Shown here: positions 1-11,140 of the stretch, piece after piece | How positions within the stretch are numbered: position 1 is the first letter of the stretch | Layout of the letters: each line of letters opens with the position of its first letter | Assembly (NCBI GenBank): GCA_951406725.2 | Contig: OX597820.1 | Coordinates: 60,078,001 to 60,142,000 of the forward strand | Direction: 5' to 3' | DNA: 64,000 bases | Source: Octopus vulgaris | Lineage: Eukaryota | Program-made: the position numbers and the translations under genes | Notes under the pieces: generated by a model | Databases searched by the model: none | What the model was told of the DNA's origin: nothing | The model's input: the letters and a program-made list of their open reading frames with translations, nothing else

Positions 1-621
1 TATCTGAACCATGTTTTTGTTCTATCACATCTTCAATGGGTTTAGAACAACTATTTAATGGTGTAAATTCTATTCATTATGTTTTGAGTGGTCACAATAC
101 TGGCTGTTGACACCATTGATCATTTATTAAACATCAAGGTCAGATTTTTAAAGTTTATGAGTAAGAATTTCTGCATGTGCCCACAGGCGGAAATTAGCTT
201 ATTTTCTTTAGGATTGGAGTAGAATGGCAAATAATAAAACCATTTATATAACAGTGACGTGTTTATTAATAATATGCTAAGTCGAGCTCACACACACAGG
301 GGCTTCTCAGTTTCTGTCAACCAAATAATTTTCATCGAAGGTCACATAATTTTGATCCAGTTTTAAATGATGGTGCCCTATTTAATACTGCCTATGTAAT
401 GTTGCTGGCCATGTGTAGTTACTGGTGACATAAGCATGGTATTATACTTTGGTCGTTATCTCTTTACAATAATTTTCATCGAAGGTTTTATATTTCAAGC
501 AGCTGTAGTTCAATTTTGTTTTTCTTGTTAACAGTTGGTGGAATCTGCTGTTGATGAGATAGATGATATGCTTTGCAATACTGATTTTTACAATAGTATG
601 GTGGAATCACTATTGTTGTCA

Positions 622-1015
622 TTTTAATAATAATAATGAAATTATTGTATACAACTTGTCAAAAGTGCGTATAAAAAATATGCAGTAATGTACAAATGTC
701 TGGAAAGCGAACAGTGTATGAGTCAGATACATGCTTGCATGTTTATGGAGGGGAGAAAATCAGGTGTAGTGTTGGCAGATCTCAGGAAGCATGGAAGTTT
801 TGAAGGATGCAGAGCTCCGACAACTAACAACTGATGCCGGCAGTTTGTTCCATGCTTCAGCAACTCTTAGCGTGAAAAACTGTTTCCGAAAGTCATGGGA
901 GCTGTGCTGTTTTCTGACTTTGTAAACATGTCCACGGGTGTTAGACAGGTGGAGTTTGAAAAGGTGCTCAGAGTTATTGTTAGTAAGATGGTTAATAATT
1001 TTATGGGTGTCTGCC
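622..1015 (-). mobile_element. CR1/L2-group LINE 3' fragment
   Basis: ORF 760-1017 reads LFKLHLSNTRGHVYKVRKQHSSHDFRKQFFTLRVAEAWNKLPASVV, the typical CR1-group ORF2 C-terminus (TRGH..K; FF..RV...WN.LP..VV). A short 3' UTR and (TTA)n tail follow, near 622-636. Confidence 0.8.
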
Positions 1016-1710
1016 AAGTCAGCTGCCAGATAATGTCTACTTTTCCATACATGGGTCAGACAAAATTTGTTTAAACAGATTTTCTAGGGCCTGATGCTCT
1101 TCTTGTCATCAACTGTCACATATCTTAACAAAATATTTTTTACCCTAGTTCAGACATTTTTATCATGGATGTTTGTAAACAAATGACACCATTTATATAA
1201 CAGTGACATGTGTTTATTATTAATATGCTAAGTCAAGCTCACACACAGGGCCTTCTCAGTTTCTGTCAACCAAATTCACTCATTGCTTGTGCTTATACCA
1301 AATATTATATAATATCATATTTCTCATTTTTGTTGGTGAGCCTATTTTTAACAATACTCAACCTTTCATTACATTATCTCTTTATCTTATCAACTCTAAA
1401 TAGGTGATGCTAGAGAATTTTGGGTAACATTGTAGTTCAAAACAGTTTCATGGATCAAGGCATGTCTTGAATATTCAATATAGTTATTCTAAAGTTTTAC
1501 AGGAGATATTCTGGTGAAATGCCATCTAGAAAGAAAGATTTGTCTTACCTACAATACATAAATTACTACTTCATTCAGAGTCAAACAGTAGAAAATCCAG
1601 TTGGTTATATCATTCACATAGTTAAAAATTTGAACAAATGAAAGTCATGTTTTACAAATTGAAACAAACATTGATATATATTCATTGTATTTTCAAATAA
1701 TTTCATACAT

Positions 1711-1720
1711 TTTATTTATT
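1711..1720 (-). promoter_or_regulatory. Putative polyadenylation signal of ZNF gene 1 (AATAAATAAA)
   Basis: Lies in a block (~1665-1800) conserved with 15618-15760 downstream of ZNF gene 2, at nearly the same distance (~2.65 kb) from each stop codon. Confidence 0.5.
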
Positions 1721-2779
1721 CTTTACACTTTATATTTTTAATTTATTCTTATTCTTTGGCACTTCAGATTTTTAAAGATAATAAATTTCATGAGACAAGA
1801 TTTAGAATGACAATACATGACAAAAGAAAAAAAAAACATCATTTGTTTCCTAATACACATACTTTTGATGGCAATTAAATAATGATAAAATTGTGACAGC
1901 TGTATATCTATAAGCAGACTAATTATCAAAATTAATTCAAAATAAATTAAACTGAAAATGCAACAACACATTATCAGTAATAATTTGATAGACAGGTTTA
2001 CACACTTATATAAAATATAATAATAATTTACACCACAGTGGCACAAGAGTTTACAATCAGAAAGTGGAAAAGTTACATTTATGAAATTTTGAATATTTTT
2101 CAGAAGAGTTTCTCAACGAGTATAGTATATCAAAAGATATAAGTCTATTCTAAAAAGTCATGATTGGGGAAATATTTTCCTCTGAAATAATTCTACTAAA
2201 ATGTCACAATAACATTATAACAATTACTTTCACACAATTTCTAAGAATTACTATACATTCTAATATAGCATAGTTTCTACAGGTTTCATGTTGTGATAAC
2301 TTCATTCATTGCCAAAAACAAAAAACAAAAAAAATGTTTTCCAAGGTTATAACAGTGATAGAATTTCACAACTGCACCAATATATAAATGGAACTAGCTA
2401 AAACACAAAGAGAATAGTTTAATCATAAATATCACCCGTATAAATATTTTAATATGTCCATGTGAGAATGATATACTGTGTACATCACAGTGGAGTTTAC
2501 CAAATGTTTACAACAGACAATATGGTATGAGAAAAGTTAAATACACCAGAATATATTTAGTTTTCCATTAAAATGATTTGGCTAAAGATTTCTCAAGTTT
2601 ATGTCTGTCTCAAAATGTCGGGCAAATGTGTTCAGTCAAGCTGAGTCTCAGTTTTGGTCCTCACATACAAAGATGCTATCTAGTTTTATACTTGTCAAAA
2701 CTACAGCATTTGATGACTAATTCTGAAAACCTATAGTGATTACTATATTTGACTACAAGGAGACAGTAGTACTGTACTT

Positions 2780-3960
2780 TTGTTAGTTTGTCATACCCTT
2801 CCAGATAGGTGAGGCTGTTGATGTTCATTCATCTGTAGATTGATGTTATATGGGCCTCCAGTGGGTTGTAGTTCTGAGGCTGAGTGAAGTGTTTAGTAAA
2901 GGAGTTCGCTGAGAGATCATCAAAAAGTGTGAGTCTAGCATTTGTATCAACTTTGATAGGTTTAATTGTGTTAGAGGGCTTGTTTCTTTGATTTGTATCT
3001 TTGTGCTGTTGAAGGAGACTAGATTGTCATATAAACACATTGAAAGTTGTTTTCAAGAGGCTTGTTCATGGAGGTAGTATATGATTGAGGTGTGGTTTTT
3101 TAGGATGTACATCAATGTTGCTGAACATAGGAGTGAAGGGTGGAACTGTCGGCAGAAGAAAGGTTGTGTCTATTTTTAAGTGATAGTAAATTTATAATTA
3201 ATGTACAGGAAGAAAGGTTTGATTGACATAACCACACCTTGAATACACCAGAGTTTATGGAGTGTGAATCTGCACATGTTGCAATTGTCTAACAGGAATC
3301 CAAAAATGAAAGACAGATGGAGACCATATTTGGGCAAAGTAACTAGGTTCTCATACTAAACATGGTCAAAAGATTTGCTGATTTCAGATGCCACAATTTT
3401 GCTTGCACTAGAGTTATGTAAGAGCAAGACTCCAGTTTATTTGCATCCACAGAAATTATATTGTATTTAATCATCATCTTTGAAAAGCTAGAAGGAGTGA
3501 TATATTGGCAGTCAGGGAAATTACCCATTTTGAAGAATATGAGACACTTTATTAAATCGGAATAGATTCTGGTAGGTATAGACTAACTGGTTATAACTCA
3601 GGAATACACAGATTAAGTGTGATTAAAAGAAAGTTAAAAGTTGTCTTGTTGGGCTGAAGTGATTCAGGAGATTTTTGCACATGATGATTGAATTCATGTG
3701 GTTTGGATGAAATTAGAGACATTGGGAAGGAGAGATTGAGAGAGTGTTGTAGAGCATGTGCAGTGTGGAATTGAAGCGAACAACAAAGTCGATGAGCAGC
3801 TAACATAAGCTGTCTTGTTTGTGGAATGGTGGGTTGAGGTCAGTAGAGAACACTTTTGCGCAAGGGATCATAAAACTCAGGAAGTGAGAGAGCTTGCAGG
3901 CTATGTCATGCACAAAGACACTTCTTTTCTGCGTTTCAGAGGTGGTTGCTACAGTGGATA
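2780..3960 (-). mobile_element. Degenerate LINE reverse-transcriptase fossil (Jockey/CR1-group-like) in the putative 3' UTR of ZNF gene 1
   Basis: Minus-strand translation near 3330-3410 gives SKIVASEISKSFDHV*YENL..LPKYGLH (cf. the RT motif IVALDISKAFDRVWH). Downstream remnants resemble INSGVPQG, FLLYIND and SADxSTLH. Many stops and frameshifts. Confidence 0.65.
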
Positions 3961-4346
3961 CAAACTTTTATGTTCATGTTGATTACAGGCATTAGTTGCA
4001 TGAAAGATGTGTTGGCCAGTAGTCAAAATAACTACTTGTTGAAGGTGGTGTTGTTAAAGCTGACAGCATATTAGGTGGATAATGCCCAACTCAGATAAAA
4101 CAATGAACATTTAAAAATTAGACCGGTATGTTCTCTTTAAAGCAAGATTAAAATACTTTTGCATGCAATTAACTAATCTGGTCTAAAAACATGCTACATA
4201 ATGTCACAATTGGTTAACAATATTTTTAGTTTAGGCTATGTTTTTCAGAAGAGATAAAAGTTACTTCCTTAATATACTGCAAAAAGGACAGCTAACATGT
4301 TGCAACAGATGTTAATGGTCAAATCCCAGCACTTAGCGTAAAATGA

Positions 4347-6269
4347 TTATTCTACTGCATGAACATGCTGGTGAATATTCAAAGTTGTTTTATGTGAAAA
4401 TGTTTTACCACAGATTTCGCAATGGTATGGTTTTTCTCCTGTGTGGATGCGTTTATGAATAGTTAAAATGATATTTGCAGAGAACGCTTTATTGCAGATG
4501 TCACACTGATAGGATTTTTCTCTTGTGTGAATACGTTTGTGAAGAGTCAGATACTCGTTGCGAGAAAATGCTTTACCACAAGTATCACAATGGTATGGTT
4601 TCTCACCTGAATGAATATGTTTGTGTCTGATTAAATATCTCTTCTGTGCGAATATTTTCCCACAGACATCACATTGGTGTAGTTTTTCACCAGCATAAAA
4701 ATGATCGTCAGCTGAATTTTCACCTCCTGCAAAATCTTTACCAGAGGTATCACAATGATAAGAACTTGCAGTGTGGATATGTTTGTGCTTAATTAAATAT
4801 CTCCCCCGTGCAAACTTTTTACCACATACATCACACTGGTATGGTTTTTCACCTGAGTGAATGTGTTTGTGACGAGTTAAATCTCCACTTTGAGAGAATG
4901 CTTTACCACAAACATCACACTCATAAGGTTTTTCCCCTGTATGAATACGTTTGTGACATCTCAAATAATCATTGCGAGAGAATGTTTTGCTACAGATCTC
5001 ACACTGATATGGTTTCTCTCCCGAATGAATAAGTTTGTGAGAAGTTAAATACCCATTTCGAGTAAAAGCTTTACCACATATATCACAGCGGTATGGTTTT
5101 TCCCCTGAGTGAATATGTTTATGCCTAATTAAATATCTCTTCCGCGAAAATATTTTACCACAGATATCACACGGGTGTGGTTTATCTGAGTGAATATTTT
5201 TATGAGAGGTTAAATTTTCAATTACAGTGAACTTTTTACCACAGACATCACACTGGAAAGGTTTCTCAATAGTGTGAATACGTTTGTGACGAGATAAATC
5301 TCCACTTATAGAGAATGCTTTGCCACAGACATCACAGTGATATGGTTTCTCACCTGTGTGAATATTTCGATGATTGCTTAAATGTCCACTTTGAGAAAAT
5401 GATTTGTGACAGACTTCACACTGGTACGGTTTCTCATCTGAATGAATACGTTTATGAGAAGTTAAATTTCCACTTGTTGAGAACGATTTACCACAGACAT
5501 CACATTGGTATGGTTTCTTACCTGTGTGTATTCGCTTATGACATGTCAGATGTCCACTTCCAGAGAATCTTTTACCACAGACATCACATTCATATGGTTT
5601 TACCCCAGTATGAATACGTAGATGACGTTTCAAATAATCATTCCGAGAGAATGTTTTAGTACAGATATCACACTGGTACGGTTTCTCCCCAGTGTGAATA
5701 AGTTTATGATAAGTTAAATATCCATTTTGGGAGAATGATTTGCCACACACATCACACTGGTATGGCTTCTCATTGACATGAACACGTTTATGAACAGATA
5801 ATGCTTTAGTTTCAGAAAATAACTCACCACAGATATTGCAACGATAAGGTTTCTCTTCCGTATGAATACGTTTATGGGCTGCAAAACTTTCACTGGAGTA
5901 GAATGTCTTACCACAAACGTCACAGCGGCTTGGTTTTATTCCTGAGTGTATTCGTTTGTGACGTTTCAGATTATCATTGCGAGAATATCTTTTACTACAG
6001 ACATCACAATGGAATGGTTTCTCTATTGAATATGTACATTTATGGCGAGTTAATTTAGAATTGTCTGAGAAGGTTTTACCACAGATGTCACAGTGATATG
6101 GTTTTTTCTCATTGTGGATATTCTTGTGATTAGTCAAACTATCAGCATCAGAGAATATGAGTAAACATATGCTGCACGTATAGAATTTCTTAGTTAAACG
6201 TAATCGTGGCACTTTAGCTTCAGGTTTTGGTTCATCATTATCTTGACGTTTACTTACTGTCTCCTCCAT
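4347..6269 (-). CDS. C2H2 zinc-finger array protein, 640 aa, 22 finger units (20 intact; fingers 2 and 18 degenerate), single coding exon
   Basis: Uninterrupted ORF with ATG at 6269. Repeated CxxC-x12-HxxxH units joined by TGEKP-type linkers. Short charged N-terminus with no recognisable KRAB/BTB/SCAN domain. Confidence 0.96.
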   Translation of the reverse strand: MEETVSKRQDNDEPKPEAKVPRLRLTKKFYTCSICLLIFSDADSLTNHKNIHNEKKPYHCDICGKTFSDNSKLTRHKCTYSIEKPFHCDVCSKRYSRNDNLKRHKRIHSGIKPSRCDVCGKTFYSSESFAAHKRIHTEEKPYRCNICGELFSETKALSVHKRVHVNEKPYQCDVCGKSFSQNGYLTYHKLIHTGEKPYQCDICTKTFSRNDYLKRHLRIHTGVKPYECDVCGKRFSGSGHLTCHKRIHTGKKPYQCDVCGKSFSTSGNLTSHKRIHSDEKPYQCEVCHKSFSQSGHLSNHRNIHTGEKPYHCDVCGKAFSISGDLSRHKRIHTIEKPFQCDVCGKKFTVIENLTSHKNIHSDKPHPCDICGKIFSRKRYLIRHKHIHSGEKPYRCDICGKAFTRNGYLTSHKLIHSGEKPYQCEICSKTFSRNDYLRCHKRIHTGEKPYECDVCGKAFSQSGDLTRHKHIHSGEKPYQCDVCGKKFARGRYLIKHKHIHTASSYHCDTSGKDFAGGENSADDHFYAGEKLHQCDVCGKIFAQKRYLIRHKHIHSGEKPYHCDTCGKAFSRNEYLTLHKRIHTREKSYQCDICNKAFSANIILTIHKRIHTGEKPYHCEICGKTFSHKTTLNIHQHVHAVE

Positions 6270-6574
6270 AATGTCTGTTGGTTATCAAATACCAATGTAA
6301 TTCTTTTTTTTAAAATTTTACAAATTACTTCATGGTTAATAAACAAAAGTCACATGTCTTCTTGAAAATGTCATTCTTCTGTTTTTCATACCCTTCTTTA
6401 TGAATTCCTTTATGAATGTTTGGTGAGAAATTTCCTGAAATAATATAGCAACATAACATAAGAATCATGAACATTCTTAGTATATCTATCATGCAGTCTA
6501 GTCAATTTTAAGAGACAAAATGTAGTCTTGTTAACAGTGTGCTCAGAAATATCACCAAATTGTTTTCTAATTTT

Positions 6575-6725
6575 TCTTTTATCTTTGACTGCGGCCATGC
6601 TAGGGCACTGCCTTGAAGGGTTTAGTTGAATAAACTGACTCCAATATCTTTGGCTGAACTGCTAAGTTATGGAGATATAAAGAAACCATCACTGGTTGGT
6701 GAGGGACAGACAAAAACGCACACAT
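6575..6725 (-). mobile_element. SINE family A, degenerate 3' half
   Basis: Reverse complement of the 3' part of the copy at 7422-7810 (tttgactgcggccatgct..., gaactgctaagttatgg). Confidence 0.7.
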
Positions 6726-6727
6726 AA

Positions 6728-7040
6728 TCATCATCATTGTTTAACGTCCGCTTTCCATGCTAGCATGGGTTGGACGATTTGACTGAGGGCTGGTGAACCA
6801 GATGGCTGCACCAGGCTCCAATCTTGATCTGACAGAGTTTCTACAACTGGATTCCCTTCCTAACGCCAACCACTCTGAGAGTGTAGTGGGTGCATTTTAC
6901 GTGCCACCGGCACGGGGGCCAGTCAGGCAGTACTGGCAACGACCTCGCTCGAATCATTTTACATGTGCCAGTAAGGCGACACTGGTAAAGATCACGCTTG
7001 AATGGTGCCTTTTATGTGCCACCAGCACGGACGCCAGTTA
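6728..7040 (-). mobile_element. SINE family D with RTE-type 3' tail ending in (ATG)n
   Basis: Plus strand shows catcatcat..tttaacgtccgctttccatgctagcatgggttggacg. The same end recurs at 21257 and 23236, and body sequence is shared with 21257-21478. Confidence 0.7.
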
Positions 7041-7421
7041 GACGTAGTAGTGTTGTAAATGCCTGCTCGGTTTTTTGTACTGTTCACACGTCCAGGTGAT
7101 CTGGAAATAACAGTCAACATCACCAACAGATTCATTAAAAAGTTAAGATGGTAACTTGGTTTTATATGAGAATAACACAACCTAAACAAATATCTCATAC
7201 ATCCATCAAACGCTCCAAGGTACAAGTATTTTTCTTTTAACTGTAGATGGTCTATGCACAACCTGCGATGTTGCAAAATGCTTTATTTTGTGATCTTCGT
7301 GGTTTATTATGGGGAAATTGTGAGCTCAAGTAGAGCTAGCGTAATCCACGATGAACCAAATGCATAGTTTGTAGACTTGTTTCTGTTTCTTTACCTTACG
7401 GAAATAATTATACCAAATGAT

Positions 7422-7810
7422 TGGCTGTGTGGTAAGTAGCTTGCTAACCAACCACATGGTTCCGGGTTCAGTCCCACTGCGTGGAATCTTGGGCAAGTGT
7501 CTTCTGCTATAGCCCCGGGCCGACCAATGCCTTGTGAGTGGATTTGGTAGACGGAAACTGAAAGAAGCCTGTCGTATATATGTGTGTATATGTTTGTGTG
7601 TCTGTGTTTGTCCCCCTAGCATTGCTTGACAACCGATGCTGGTGTGTTTACGTCCCTGTCACTTAGCGGTTCGGCAAAAGAGACCGATAGAATAAGTACT
7701 GGGCTTACAAAGAATAAGTCCCGGGGTCGATTTGCTCGACTAAAGGCGGTGCTCCAGCATGGCCGCAGTCAAATGACTGAAACAAGTAAAAGAGTGAAAA
7801 AGAGAGAGTA
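7422..7810 (+). mobile_element. SINE family A (tRNA-derived head), near full length
   Basis: Head TGGCTGTGTGGTAAG...GGTTCAGTCCC (Pol III A/B-box-like), body ttgggcaagtgtcttct..gatttggtagacggaaactgaaagaag, internal (TA/TG)n, tail gaaacaagtaaaagag. About ten copies in the window. Confidence 0.9.
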
Positions 7811-7824
7811 AGATGAGAGGGAGG

Positions 7825-8725
7825 CTCTACATGGTCGTTCAGGTTGACAGATATAGCAGTCAAATCTCACTCATATCACAAATTACTACCTTAAGAAATA
7901 AAAGGACATGCTGAAAAGAATGTGATCGTTGACTATACTTTAAAAAAAAAAAATTTTTTATATATATTTAGAAATAGGATGGGGAAGTTACGGCTGGGAA
8001 GCTTTCAACCATTCTGCTAACTAGGAGCTCAACAACAACTACAAAATAATTTCTGACAATACCATTATACTGCCAGCTCAACTAAGGAGCTGCAAGGTGG
8101 GTTGCTTGAAATGAAAATAATAGCAGTCAAATCTCTCTCAAATATTACCCTGCCACCTTAAAAACGGCAGAGTACTTTGGATAATACTGCAAACAAAAAA
8201 ATAAAATAATAGCTGGAAAGCCTTTATTGGCAATCTTTCGTCTCCCCTTTATTTTACGTCTGCTCAATCGGGGCTGACATGGGGCTAACAAACAATAGCA
8301 AAAGTGTCCCTCAAATAACACTCTACTTTCTTTAAGAAATTACATAACATAACGTAATGACAGATCTACAGAAAGATGGGATGGTCACAGTTGTAATGCA
8401 TTCGAGCATAAATTTACTTGTACAGGCTTGAACAATAACAATGAAGACCGGAAGTAGCACCATTATCTCCTTCTTCAATGTCATAGTCCTGCACATAATT
8501 TAACCAAGCGTTTGAGCCAATGAGGGAGTCTCTGTGTGGTTGCAGACTACTAAAAATAGCAGCAAAACTCACACCTCCCACTGTCTAAAATATACAATGA
8601 TGATACATAGGTTAATGTAGTCCTACATATACTATGACTGAATTAAAACTGTGATGGTCATGGCTGGAATATCTCCTATCATAAATCTCCTAGATTAGCA
8701 TTTACCTTGGGTTAAACAAACCAAC
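7825..8725 (+). repeat. Cluster of ~4 old degenerate copies of an unclassified ~200-bp interspersed repeat
   Basis: Recurrent motif atagcag(t/c)caaatctc.ctca.atcaca..cta.c.tcttaa(g/a)aaa at ~7852, ~8120, ~8295 and ~8556, each followed by gatggtca(c/t)ggctggaa-like sequence. Another copy at ~21040. Confidence 0.55.
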
Positions 8726-9026
8726 AAATATTTGCATAATTAACAATGAGGTTAACTAACAATTAGGAAAAATGACATTTCAGTCGCATGAAGTCTCTGA
8801 TATTGTAAAACTACAACAAACAACGAAATTATAAAATTAACGAGCAATAAGGAAAATATATTTTCAACTAAATTGAAATTTTCATAATTATAATTTTGTC
8901 TCAGAATAGACGAAATGTTGAGATAAAATCTAATTTTTTTTTTCTTCTGAAGACAAGCAACTTATGAAAGAATCACCGACACAATAACCTTAAAGATAGT
9001 CGAGATATATTTGTACAACAACTTAC

Positions 9027-9260
9027 TGTTTTGTAATATCTTTCTCGTTCATTTTTGATGTAGATGTGATTGTTGTAGGAAAATGAAGACATTGAACAGA
9101 AACAGAATAGACGTTCATAGCATTAGTGATGGGAAGAACAAACTAAGTGATATACTTGAATAACATACATAACTAATTTACTAACACCACCAGCCTTACT
9201 TTCGTAGCTGACTATTCACTAAAAATATGTAAAATGTGTTGAACAAAGGAATTCTCTCAT
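9027..9260 (-). promoter_or_regulatory. Putative non-coding first exon and core promoter of ZNF gene 1
   Basis: Homologous to 28602-28850 (shared caacttactgtttt, acaaactaag.gata and ttactttcgtagctga), directly upstream of a GTAAGT donor. Confidence 0.55.
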
Positions 9261-9467
9261 GTACATTTAAAGAAGGCGATAATGGTAAAATCTGTGCTTC
9301 ATCGCAAAATTACTATAAATGGAAGTTGTTTTCATAAAATGGCTTAAATGAGCACAGGTTGACTCCTAGCAGTGGTAATGGGGTACATGAACCCAGGAAA
9401 AAAGTCAAAGAAAACTTTGATAAATGATCAAGTTAATGATTTTTGGCAAACTTTCGGTAAAAATCTA

Positions 9468-9553
9468 TGACGTCATGGGTGGATGTGTGACATTGTCTTT
9501 CATATGCTTGACAGAGCTGAACAGTCAAATACACGCATTCCTGACTGACGTCA
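9468..9553. promoter_or_regulatory. Two perfect CRE palindromes (TGACGTCA)
   Basis: TGACGTCA at 9468-9475 and 9546-9553, just upstream of the predicted first exon of ZNF gene 1. Confidence 0.45.
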
Positions 9554-9794
9554 TGTACTAATACCGAAATACTGCCTAAAGTTTTGCAATTTTGGTTTAT
9601 TTTATTTTTTCCGTTGCTTTAAGATCTTCAATAAAACGTTTATTTTTTACGTACTGTAATATAAATTGTAAGTTTCATCGGAGGAGGGGCAGACATTGTA
9701 TTTGCATATATAGGCTTCTCTTGTTACATACACACATTATATACATATACGCTACTGAATGACAAGGGAACAGGAATTACATAATCAATTTCAG

Positions 9795-9874
9795 TAGCGT
9801 ACAGCTGTTTCTGCCGTATGAAGCAGTGCATTAGGAGTCCAGTGCCTGTACATCTTATAGTTTCCTCAGAGCTA
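9795..9874 (-). ncRNA. Type I hammerhead-ribozyme-like motif (Penelope/retrozyme type), copy 1
   Basis: Minus strand reads TAGCT-CTGAGGA-stem II/long loop-GAAA-CAGCTG-TA-CGCTA: CUGANGA and GAAA core boxes, a minimal stem III with palindromic AGCU loop, and a GUA cleavage triplet. Confidence 0.6.
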
Positions 9875-9972
9875 TTAAAACGAAGGGTATGTTTATTTCA
9901 GAAAACGATTGAATACACACATACATAATTAAATAAATGATAAAAGACCAATAATTATGGAATCAACTTCAT

Positions 9973-10054
9973 TAGCTAGCAGTTGTTTCTGCTATAAGCT
10001 GCAGTGCACTCAGAGGTGAGTGTTTATGCATCACCTTATGGCTTCCTCAGAGAT
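9973..10054 (-). ncRNA. Hammerhead-ribozyme-like motif, copy 2 (cleavage triplet mutated)
   Basis: Minus strand reads ATCT-CTGAGGA-AGCCATAAG...CTTATAGCA-GAAA-CAACTG-CT-AGCTA, ~178 bp from copy 1 and homologous to it. Confidence 0.5.
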
Positions 10055-10449
10055 TCTAAAATGAAATGAACGTTTGATAGTGAAGCATATGTATATTGAG
10101 TTCTAACACAAGGTTATTTATATTGCTATGTCAAATATTTGAGTAGAAAAAATACACAACAGACTGCAGGAAACAGTAACCCCGAGACATCTAATGACAA
10201 ATGTTGTAGTTCTCAAAATAACTGATACACTCACCCAAATAGTGAAAATCTCTCCTCCCTACTCTTTATTAAGAAGACAAAACAGAGTTTGCACCCATAT
10301 AATCTTGCTTTGTTTTCTATGATATTGGACAAGATAAAAAGTTTAGACTCTTAATTTTATTAAACATGGTAATTTTTCTATTTCCTCAATTCTCACCGCT
10401 CTATGATCAATGAGAAATACTGAACTAAGATCAACATTTTATTGGCTAT

Positions 10450-11140
10450 AGGCACAGCTGTGAGCGTGTGGTAAGAAGCTTGCTTCCCAACCACATGTTT
10501 CCGGGTTTGGTCCCACTGCATGGCACCTTGGACAAATCTTCTAATATAGCCTCAGGCTGACCAAAGCCTTGTGAGTGGATTTGGTGGACAGAAAATGAAA
10601 GAAGCACATTATATATATATATATAAACCCACTAGAATGGGAGCAAGCGCTAATGCTAATCCGAATGATATGATATATATGTAAAAAATGTAATATATAA
10701 ATAAATATCTACAAATATGAACCATCTGATCTGATTACCTCAATTTTTCTAATATATATATATATATATATATTTATAATAGGATTAGCTCGTATACGAG
10801 TAGGTATATATTTGTAAAAAATGAACTGAAACATGTTATAATGTATATATAAAAATTAAAAATTGTATAATACAGCATTTTCGAACTTCATTTTTTACAA
10901 ATATATATATATATATCTGTGTGTCTTTTGTGTATGTGTTTGTCCCTCCATCACTACTTGACAACCGGTGCTGGTGTGTTTACATCCCATTGCTTAGTGA
11001 TTTGGGAAAAGATACTGATAGAATAAAAACTAGGCTTAAAAGATAGGTCCTGGGGTTGATTGCTCATCTAAAACCCTTCAAGGCAGCGCTTCAGCATGGT
11101 CACAGTCAAATGACCGAAACAAGTAAAAGAGTGAAAGAAC
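10450..11140 (+). mobile_element. SINE family A with ~300 bp of extra AT-rich sequence in its internal (TA)n
   Basis: Head at 10450-10610 and tail at 10915-11140 match family A. The intervening sequence is unrelated. Confidence 0.8.

Larger units (their letters stand above)
6435..9026 (-). other. Predicted 5'-UTR intron of ZNF gene 1
   Basis: Donor GTAAGT at 9026-9021 and acceptor TTTCAG|GAAA ending at 6435. Both contexts are conserved in the paralogue (28601-28596 and 20149). Confidence 0.65.

Noticed and set aside
4808-5923. Short antisense and alternate-frame ORFs in the ZNF genes (also 18420-19364)
   Set aside because: Shadows of the periodic zinc-finger codon pattern.
7326-7811. Recurrent ORFs such as [11 protein letters not shown]...[14 protein letters not shown] at several loci
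   Set aside because: Translations of SINE family A copies, not a protein family.
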